Assembly (NCBI RefSeq): GCF_045037415.1
Contig: NZ_CP173438.1
Source of the DNA: Escherichia coli
GTDB lineage: Bacteria; Pseudomonadota; Gammaproteobacteria; Enterobacterales; Enterobacteriaceae
DNA length: 64,000 nucleotides
Direction: 5' to 3' (one strand)
Below, piece by piece: positions 22,754 to 30,071 of this stretch. Position 1 is the first letter of the stretch; every line of letters begins with the position of its first letter. The notes beneath the pieces are model-generated. The model was not told the origin of the DNA. It ran no database searches and was given only the letters and a program-made list of their open reading frames with translations. The translations under genes and the position numbers were made by a program.

Positions 22754-23981
22754 TACGCTTCTCCTCGATAAAATTCAGAACCTGATGCAACGTGGTCTCA
22801 TCGCCAAACCCACCGGCTTTCGTCATCACCGAACGGGACCAGACGCCGCCCAGAAAGTGACCGTATGGAACGCATTGCGCCACCTTCCCCGTAATACGAA
22901 ATCCGGTCGCGCCTAACGCACTGGCTGTTGCCATTGCGACATCACCACCAGAGAGATAAAGCGCATCGGGCATTGCGCAAAGCAGAACTTGCCGGGTAAG
23001 TTCGCCAAGAAACCGGCAAATTTTTTCCCCAAGTGCAGCGCGACTCATCTGCCAACGCTGGCAAAGGGTGTCGATCTGATGCCTTGCTACAGAATCGTTA
23101 CAGGTGTGGACAATACAGTGGTCGCCTTTCTGCAAGGCCTGCACAATACGCGCGTCATAGTCACTGGCATTGCCTGCCAGAATGTGTTCAACATCGACGT
23201 ATATCTGTGTGATACGTGGGTGTGAATGAAGTGTGGCGATCTGCCGTTGAGCGATTTCGCTCATTGAACCAATAATGGCCAGCACGGTGGGTGGCGGCAT
23301 AATCGCGGAGCGCCGGGCAACGGCATCACAAATACCAGCGGAGCCGACCAGCAGCAGCGGTTGTTTAGCCTGCATCACAGCGGCAGCGATGCGATCCAGG
23401 TCGCTGTCCGTCTGCGCATCTATCACGCCAATCCACGGTTGCTCATAAGACAAATGGCTGAGCTGAGAAACCGTAACGGGCTGGCATGGAATGGCCGTCT
23501 GCAACCGGATGATGTCCGCAATTCGGGCGCTCAATACCGGGGTTTTCGGATCGCTAGCAAACTCGGTTTCCGTTATCCGCACACCGTTTACCCAACACTC
23601 ACCGGCCACTGTGGTCCTTCCCGCCTGAGGAAATGCGGGGGCAACCACTGCGCCCGTTATACCGCATGCCTTCATCAGGGCTTCAATTTCTGCGCCGATA
23701 TTGCCTCGCAGCGTGGAATCTATCTTTTTAATCACGAGCGGCGGGTTATTCGCCAGAGGGAGATGACTCATCAGCGAGGTTATTTTCATCGCCGCCAGCT
23801 TAGGATCCATCGCCCGACTGTCGCTGTTAATCACCCATACGCTGGCATCACCGCGATAAGGCATTTCAAAGGCCACATCAACTGTATGCCCCACCTGCGC
23901 CAGGCTTACCCCCGCGTCGTTGGCTCCCGTGAAATCATCGGCAACGATGAGAATGCTCGGCTTAGTGATTCCCTTTTCCAT
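22746..23981 (-). CDS. DUF1537 four-carbon acid-sugar kinase family protein (OtnK/DtnK-like)
   Basis: ORF starts at TTG 24023; best start is ATG 23981 (ggag RBS 5 nt upstream); ILIVADDFTGANDAG N-terminal motif. Confidence 0.8.
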   Translation of the reverse strand: MEKGITKPSILIVADDFTGANDAGVSLAQVGHTVDVAFEMPYRGDASVWVINSDSRAMDPKLAAMKITSLMSHLPLANNPPLVIKKIDSTLRGNIGAEIEALMKACGITGAVVAPAFPQAGRTTVAGECWVNGVRITETEFASDPKTPVLSARIADIIRLQTAIPCQPVTVSQLSHLSYEQPWIGVIDAQTDSDLDRIAAAVMQAKQPLLLVGSAGICDAVARRSAIMPPPTVLAIIGSMSEIAQRQIATLHSHPRITQIYVDVEHILAGNASDYDARIVQALQKGDHCIVHTCNDSVARHQIDTLCQRWQMSRAALGEKICRFLGELTRQVLLCAMPDALYLSGGDVAMATASALGATGFRITGKVAQCVPYGHFLGGVWSRSVMTKAGGFGDETTLHQVLNFIEEKRSE

Positions 23982-24019
23982 CATCACTCCAGGTTGTTTT
24001 ATGATAACAATGATTATAT

Positions 24020-24033
24020 TCAATCATGATTGA
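24020..24033. promoter_or_regulatory. Candidate operator palindrome 1 in divergent promoter
   Basis: Perfect 14-bp palindrome tcaatcatgattga upstream of the kinase operon. Confidence 0.4.
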
Positions 24034-24116
24034 TTAAATGTGAGCAAGCTCAAGTTATTAATCACTCGAATAAATTATAAAATTAGACCATGTTACGTAG
24101 GCTACGGCATTTTGAA

Positions 24117-24132
24117 TGATTGAATTCAATCA
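24117..24132. promoter_or_regulatory. Candidate operator palindrome 2 in divergent promoter
   Basis: Perfect 16-bp palindrome tgattgaattcaatca ending 19 bp before the ADH GTG start; shares the TGATTGA half-site with palindrome 1. Confidence 0.4.
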
Positions 24133-24150
24133 CCAGAAGAGAGGTTATTT

Positions 24151-25308
24151 GTGGTAATTATCAATAGCACGATACTGAGCGGCGCAGGCGCTATCCCTTC
24201 CCTGACGTCGCTCTTACCCGACATCAGAAAAATGCTGCTGGTCACTGACCGTAATATTGCGCAGCTCGACGGTGTGCAGCAGATTCGCGCCTTACTGGAA
24301 AAGCACTGCCCGCAGGTTAACGTTATCGATAATGTGCCCGCAGAGCCCACGCATCATGATGTGCGCCAGCTAATGGATGCCCTTGGCGATGCCTCTTTTG
24401 ATGTGGTGGTCGGGATCGGCGGTGGCAGCGTGTTGGATGTGGCGAAGCTGCTATCGGTGCTTTGCCATCCACAATCACCGGGGCTGGATGCGCTGCTTGC
24501 GGGTGAAAAACCGACTCAGCGGGTGCAATCATGGTTGATTCCTACAACCGCCGGAACCGGCTCAGAAGCCACGCCGAATGCGATTCTGGCAATCCCTGAG
24601 CAAAGCACGAAGGTGGGTATTATTTCCCAGGTGCTGTTACCAGACTATGTGGCGCTTTTCCCGGAACTGACCACCAGTATGCCCGCGCATATTGCGGCGT
24701 CCACGGGCATTGATGCTCTTTGCCACTTACTGGAGTGTTTTACCGCGACCGTGGCAAATCCGGTCAGCGATAACGCGGCGCTGACTGGGTTAAGTAAACT
24801 TTTCCGGCACATTCAACCCGCCGTGAACGATCCTCAGGATCTGCGCGCAAAACTGGAAATGCTGTGGGCGTCTTACTATGGCGGCGTAGCGATAACCCAT
24901 GCGGGCACGCATCTCGTTCATGCGCTCTCCTACCCGTTAGGTGGCAAATATCATCTGCCGCATGGCGTCGCGAATGCCATCTTGCTGGCGCCGTGCATGG
25001 CGTTTGTTCGCCCCTGGGCGGTCGAGAAATTTGCCCAGGTCTGGGATTGCATTCCCGATGCGGAAACCGCCCTGAGCGCGGAAGAAAAATCTCATGCCCT
25101 GGTGACCTGGTTACAGGCATTAGTCAATCAACTCAAGCTACCCAACAATCTCGCGGATCTCGGCGTACCGCCAGAGGATATTGCCTCTCTGAGCGAGGCG
25201 GCACTGAACGTGAAGCGCCTTATGAACAATGTGCCGTGCCAGCTTGATCTACAGGACGTACAGGCCATTTACCAAACACTGTTTCCGCAACATCAATTTA
25301 AGGAATAA
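24151..25308 (+). CDS. Iron-containing (group III) alcohol dehydrogenase family oxidoreductase
   Basis: 385 aa; GIGGGSVLDVAK and TTAGTGSE motifs; GTG start with RBS agagagg. Confidence 0.85.
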   Translation: MVIINSTILSGAGAIPSLTSLLPDIRKMLLVTDRNIAQLDGVQQIRALLEKHCPQVNVIDNVPAEPTHHDVRQLMDALGDASFDVVVGIGGGSVLDVAKLLSVLCHPQSPGLDALLAGEKPTQRVQSWLIPTTAGTGSEATPNAILAIPEQSTKVGIISQVLLPDYVALFPELTTSMPAHIAASTGIDALCHLLECFTATVANPVSDNAALTGLSKLFRHIQPAVNDPQDLRAKLEMLWASYYGGVAITHAGTHLVHALSYPLGGKYHLPHGVANAILLAPCMAFVRPWAVEKFAQVWDCIPDAETALSAEEKSHALVTWLQALVNQLKLPNNLADLGVPPEDIASLSEAALNVKRLMNNVPCQLDLQDVQAIYQTLFPQHQFKE

Positions 25309-25311
25309 ATC

Positions 25312-26199
25312 ATGCCGAAAACCATTGAAGGTGTATTAACCGCTATCGTCACCCCGTTTACCGCGACCGGCAGTCTGAATATCCCGGCGTTAAAAGTGCA
25401 GGTGAATCGTCAACTGGAAGCGGGTAACGCGATTTTTTGCGGCGGCACCAACGGCGAGTTTTTTGTGTTGAATGAACAGGAGAAGCTCAGCGTTACGCAA
25501 ACCTGCGTGGATGAAGTGGCTGGTCGTGCGCCAGTCGTGGCACACATTGGCGAGATCTCTACGCGCGAAACGATTCGTCTGGGTCAGCAGATTGAAAAAC
25601 TTGGCGTAGATGCCGTGTCGGTCATTGCCCCTTACTTCGTACCGCTGAAACAGGAAGAGTTGATTGCGCATTACAGCGCAATTGCCGACACACTGAGCAT
25701 TCCGATGTTTCTCTATAACATCCCGGCCCGCACTGGCAATACGATCCAGCCAGAAACCGCGCGTGCTCTGGCGTCGCACCCCAATATCATTGGGATTAAA
25801 GACAGCGACGGAAGCGACGAAAGCCTGAAGGGTTTTCTCGATGCGGTGCGCGACATTGACGGCTTTAATGTGCTCAACGGCCCGGATTCGCTGATCCATA
25901 AAGGGTTTGTCGAGGGATGTTCAGCCTGTATCTCTGGGCTCGCCAACGTCGCGCCGCGAGAAATCAATGCCATCTGGTCTCGCTTCCATGCCGGTGATAT
26001 TGAAGGGTCTTATGAAGCACAGGAGAGTGTAACGGGCCTGCGTACCGATCTTTATAAAGTAGCATTCTCCCCGGCTGCGGTGAAAAAAGCGTTGCAGCTT
26101 ATGGGGCATGATGTTGGTGATAGCCGCTACGCGGTTAATTTCACGCCTGAACAGATCAGCGAGATTCAACAAATTATTCGTCATTATAACATTAATTAA
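25312..26199 (+). CDS. DapA/NAL-family class I (Schiff-base) aldolase
   Basis: 295 aa; TPF...GTNGE and GIKDS (Schiff-base lysine) motifs; 3 nt after ADH stop. Confidence 0.85.
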   Translation: MPKTIEGVLTAIVTPFTATGSLNIPALKVQVNRQLEAGNAIFCGGTNGEFFVLNEQEKLSVTQTCVDEVAGRAPVVAHIGEISTRETIRLGQQIEKLGVDAVSVIAPYFVPLKQEELIAHYSAIADTLSIPMFLYNIPARTGNTIQPETARALASHPNIIGIKDSDGSDESLKGFLDAVRDIDGFNVLNGPDSLIHKGFVEGCSACISGLANVAPREINAIWSRFHAGDIEGSYEAQESVTGLRTDLYKVAFSPAAVKKALQLMGHDVGDSRYAVNFTPEQISEIQQIIRHYNIN

Positions 26200-26258
26200 A
26201 TTAACTCTATTATCCAGCCCGCTATAAAGTTTAGATAAAGAGAATAAAGGATTACCCC

Positions 26259-27017
26259 ATGTTTTTGTGGTTTATGCAGCCAGATATCTGGCTCACTTTA
26301 ATTACCCTCACCTTTCTGGAAATTATTCTTGGGGTGGATAATATTATTTTTCTTTCACTGGTGGTGGCAAAACTTCCGTTATCACAACAAAATATGGCGC
26401 GTAAACTGGGTTTAAGCTGCGCGATGATTATGCGGATATTATTGCTGATATCCATTGCGTGGCTTTCACATATTACCCAGCCGCTTTTTACCGTGCTGAC
26501 GCTGGAGATTTCGTTCCGCACGTTGATTCTGCTCGGGGGCGGGCTGTTCCTGATTTATAAAGCGATACAGGAGATACGCGAAGAGCTGTCGCCCGCGCAG
26601 GAAGACGAACATGGCAGCGGATCGCGGCAACTGTCGTTGTGCGGTGCCATTGTACAGATAATGCTGCTCGATATCGTGTTTAGCCTGGATTCGGTGATCA
26701 CCGCCGTCGGCCTTTCTCAGCATATATTTATCATGATTGCCGCCGTAATGATTGCCGTCGGTGTCATGATGTTTGCGGCGAAAACAATTGGTGATTTCGT
26801 TAACGCCACGCCGTCAATAAAAATACTGGCGTTAACCTTTTTATTGTTTGTCGGTGTATTGCTGGTTGCCGATAGTCTCAACATTCATATTGCCAAAGAG
26901 TATCTCTACTTCGCGATATTTTTCTCATTAAGTGTTGAGACACTCAATATTATCCGTGAAAGAAAAAATAAAAAAGTTTCGACATTGATCGAAACGCATG
27001 AATCGCACTCGCATTAA
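26259..27017 (+). CDS. TerC-family integral membrane protein
   Basis: 252 aa; paired TerC motifs ILGVDNIIF and DIVFSLDSV; visibly more AT-rich than neighbours. Confidence 0.8.
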   Translation: MFLWFMQPDIWLTLITLTFLEIILGVDNIIFLSLVVAKLPLSQQNMARKLGLSCAMIMRILLLISIAWLSHITQPLFTVLTLEISFRTLILLGGGLFLIYKAIQEIREELSPAQEDEHGSGSRQLSLCGAIVQIMLLDIVFSLDSVITAVGLSQHIFIMIAAVMIAVGVMMFAAKTIGDFVNATPSIKILALTFLLFVGVLLVADSLNIHIAKEYLYFAIFFSLSVETLNIIRERKNKKVSTLIETHESHSH

Positions 27018-27052
27018 TAAATCTATTACCAACTTTAAGATGGAGTCTAACT

Positions 27053-28222
27053 ATGTCTGTAGCCCTTATTCGTGACGGCGTCATCCGTCCATCCGAAAAC
27101 GATTCGCATGTGCTTACCGCCATGCTGCCCTCGTCCTGCCCGCAAAACCACGCGGCGAATATTCTGCCTTTGCCGGATGGCGCGTTAATGTGCGTCTGGT
27201 TTGCGGGAACGCAGGAAGGTATTGCCGATATTTCTGTCTGGGGATCGCGATTGCCCGCTGGCGGAATGCAGTGGAGCGATGCGGCCAAACTTTCCCACGA
27301 TGACACGCGTTCAGAGCAAAACCCGGTGCTGTTTCTCGCGCCGGATAACGTGCTGTGGCTCCTATGGACCGCACAAATATCCGGTAATCAGGACACCGCC
27401 ATCGTCCGCTACCGTAAGTCAGACGACCTCGGACAAACCTGGGGCGAGATTGCCACCCTGCTTGATAAACCCGGTACGTTCATTCGACAGCCAATCACGG
27501 TGCTTGATAACGGCAACTGGCTGCTGCCCGTCTTTTATTGCCGTACCCAACCCGGCGAAAAATGGGTCGGCAATGATGATATCAGCGCAGTGAAAATTTC
27601 CGCTGACGGTGGTCACTCCTGGCGCGATGTCGAGGTGCCGCAAAGTCTCGGCTGTGTTCATATGAATATCACAATGTTGCACGACGGTACGTTGGTTGCT
27701 CTCTTTCGCAGCCGTTGGGCAGACAACATCTATATCAGCCATTCAGTGGACAACGGCGAGAGTTGGTCGGTGCCGCAAGCAACCGAATTGCCCAACAACA
27801 ATTCGTCTATTCAGGTAACGACGCTTGCCAGCGGCGAACTGGCGCTGGTGTACAACGCGATGAGTGCGGCAGGCGCAGTAGAACGTCGCGCGTCGCTTTA
27901 TGACGAAATCGACGATGGCGACGACAGCCGCAAAGAACCGACAGCCGTCGGACGCTCCGCTTTCTGGGGTGCCCCACGCGCGCCGATGACGGTAGCGATT
28001 TCTGCCGATGGTGGGAAAAGCTGGTCGTGGCGGCGCAATCTCGATGAAGGCGACGGCTACTGCATGACCAACAATTCCCTGGAAAAGCTAAATCGTGAGT
28101 TCTCCTACCCCAGCATCAAACAAAGCCCGGACGGTACGCTACATATCGCTTACACCTGGTGGCGTCAGGCCATCAAGTACGTACGCATCTCCCCCGAGTG
28201 GGTTAAGGGGCAGGCATCATGA
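27053..28222 (+). CDS. BNR/Asp-box repeat protein, sialidase-fold beta-propeller, no signal peptide
   Basis: 389 aa; four Asp-boxes (SDDLGQTW, SADGGHSW, SVDNGESW, SADGGKSW); N-terminus lacks a signal peptide. Confidence 0.8.
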   Translation: MSVALIRDGVIRPSENDSHVLTAMLPSSCPQNHAANILPLPDGALMCVWFAGTQEGIADISVWGSRLPAGGMQWSDAAKLSHDDTRSEQNPVLFLAPDNVLWLLWTAQISGNQDTAIVRYRKSDDLGQTWGEIATLLDKPGTFIRQPITVLDNGNWLLPVFYCRTQPGEKWVGNDDISAVKISADGGHSWRDVEVPQSLGCVHMNITMLHDGTLVALFRSRWADNIYISHSVDNGESWSVPQATELPNNNSSIQVTTLASGELALVYNAMSAAGAVERRASLYDEIDDGDDSRKEPTAVGRSAFWGAPRAPMTVAISADGGKSWSWRRNLDEGDGYCMTNNSLEKLNREFSYPSIKQSPDGTLHIAYTWWRQAIKYVRISPEWVKGQAS

Positions 28223-28689
28223 TTATCGGTAATCTCAACCATTTGTCGCTGGCGGGGCTTCCTGCCTGGGTGAGAAATATTCTGCTGCGCCCGGAGTGTT
28301 CGTTATCGGCGTTATCCACCAGAGAGGACGGTCGCTGGCAACCTGAAGGATGTCGGTGGTTCTGCTCGCTGGGAACTTCAGACACGCAACCCGCCGAACT
28401 TCGCCATACGGAGTATCACCATCTATGGGCCGATATACAGGTGGTGATTACTGGTTGTGAGGGCATTAATGCGGGAACGCGGCCCATCGCTCGCGAAAAC
28501 GATGAAGAACGTAAGCCCGATCTGTTTATCGCCCCATCCCCTGAAAACAGTGTCGCCATCACCCTACACGCCGGTGATTTCGCCGTCTTTATGCCTGAGG
28601 AACCTCACCAGGCACTGTGCGCAATTGGCACGGCTACTTCAATACGCAAAGCGGTCTTTAAAGTACCGCGCGACATGCTGGAAGCCTAA
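28219..28689 (+). CDS. YhcH/YjgK/YiaL (DUF386) family protein, NanQ-like
   Basis: 156 aa; GDFAVFMPEEPH and KVPRDMLEA resemble the YhcH family as I recall it; ATGA overlap with the upstream stop. Confidence 0.8.
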   Translation: MIIGNLNHLSLAGLPAWVRNILLRPECSLSALSTREDGRWQPEGCRWFCSLGTSDTQPAELRHTEYHHLWADIQVVITGCEGINAGTRPIARENDEERKPDLFIAPSPENSVAITLHAGDFAVFMPEEPHQALCAIGTATSIRKAVFKVPRDMLEA

Positions 28690-28702
28690 AAGGAGAGAAA
28701 AA

Positions 28703-29983
28703 ATGACAATGGAAATGATCCTGGCATTAGGAATACTGGTCCTGATGATCGTGCTGATCATGTCGGACAAAATGCCTTTTGGCGCACCGCCACTGCTTGC
28801 GTGTTTATTGCTGGTTGTATCGGGACTTTCGACCGTTCAACAGGCTTTTGCCGGATTCGTCAATCCAAGCGTGGTGATGATTGCAGGGTTTATGGTGGTC
28901 ATGGCGGCGCTACAAAAAACCCGGCTTATCAGCAACGTTAAATCTGCGATGATAAGCCTGGTCAATAAAGGCAGTTACCGCAGCTATGGGCTGTTATTAG
29001 TCATTGTTATGCTGGGTGCCAGTCTTGCCGGCACCGGAGCGACCGGTTATTACGTGCTAATTCTGTCGCTGGTATCCACCATTCCGTACAGTAAAAAGCT
29101 ACCAACATCGAAATTAATGATGCCCCTGGGATTTGCCACCAACCACCCGCTTCTTCCTATCAATCTCGCGCTTCTCTTTGGCGTTACGGCGACCGTACTC
29201 GAAACCGCGGGGTTTCATCAGGCGATTTCGATGGGGCGCTTTGCGCTGGTGAATCTCATCATGTCAGCGGCTTTCCTCGCATGGAGTCTTATTGCCTACC
29301 GTTTTCTTCCGGATCATCCCATTGCGGATGCTTCCGAGGATGCGCTGGCGGCACGCGAGGAAACGTTTAACGCCCTTCCTGCCTGGAAAGAATATTGCAC
29401 TATTGCCGCATTCGCTGTCAGCGTTATCGGCATGATGCTAATGAACATTCTGGGAAATATCGCCTTCGTTATTCCGGGTCTTGCGGGTGCGTTTGTTCTG
29501 ATGATCGATGTACTGGACTTCAAAGAAGTTCGCGATCATATGGGGGCTCCGGTCATTTTAATGATGGCGGGGGTGATCGGTGTAGCTGATGCACTGGCGG
29601 GCACCGGCTTTACGGCGATGGTTGGCGATGCCGTTGCAGGTGTGCTCGGTTCTGGCGTCTCACCGTTTGTATTTATTGTCGCCTTTGCTTTGCTTACCAG
29701 TACCTGCGCCACCTTCACGGGTTCGAATATGGGGTCAGTATATATTTTTGCCCCCATCGCCATTGCCGCCTGTACTAGCCTTGGGCTTAACCCGACCGCT
29801 GCCGCGATTGCGGTGGTGATTTCTGGCTGGAATGGCGGCTATATGCCTATTGACGGAATGCCAGCCATGATCCTCGGAATGGGGAAATACAAACTTCCCG
29901 AATTCTGGGTGTTCTCTGTACCAATGTATCTCATCCGCATTCTGGCGCTTTGTGCAGGCGCTGTTTTTATCTTCCCAATGTAA
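28703..29983 (+). CDS. Polytopic permease, ion-transporter-superfamily-like (family unresolved)
   Basis: ORF 28457..29983 trimmed to ATG 28703 (aaggagag RBS); about 12 hydrophobic segments, 426 aa. Confidence 0.75.
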   Translation: MTMEMILALGILVLMIVLIMSDKMPFGAPPLLACLLLVVSGLSTVQQAFAGFVNPSVVMIAGFMVVMAALQKTRLISNVKSAMISLVNKGSYRSYGLLLVIVMLGASLAGTGATGYYVLILSLVSTIPYSKKLPTSKLMMPLGFATNHPLLPINLALLFGVTATVLETAGFHQAISMGRFALVNLIMSAAFLAWSLIAYRFLPDHPIADASEDALAAREETFNALPAWKEYCTIAAFAVSVIGMMLMNILGNIAFVIPGLAGAFVLMIDVLDFKEVRDHMGAPVILMMAGVIGVADALAGTGFTAMVGDAVAGVLGSGVSPFVFIVAFALLTSTCATFTGSNMGSVYIFAPIAIAACTSLGLNPTAAAIAVVISGWNGGYMPIDGMPAMILGMGKYKLPEFWVFSVPMYLIRILALCAGAVFIFPM

Positions 29984-29991
29984 TCTCAGAC

Positions 29992-30026
29992 AAAAAAAGC
30001 GGCAGAGAAGATCCCTGCCGCTTTTT
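29992..30026. terminator. Bidirectional terminator between island permease and nagE
   Basis: aaaaaaa-gcggcag-agaagatcc-ctgccgc-ttttt. Confidence 0.55.
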
Positions 30027-30033
30027 ATTGTTG

Positions 30034-30060
30034 GATGCGACGCTGCCGCGTCGCATCAGA
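30034..30060. repeat. REP-like palindrome
   Basis: gatgcgacgc-tgcc-gcgtcgcatc perfect inverted repeat resembling REP units. Confidence 0.4.
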
Positions 30061-30071
30061 CATAAAGCAGA

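Noticed and set aside
20785-30071. Island as a mobile element or prophage
   Set aside because: No integrase, transposase, IS terminal repeats, flanking direct repeats or phage genes; the tRNA cluster is about 9 kb away and not adjacent. Treated as a variable chromosomal locus.
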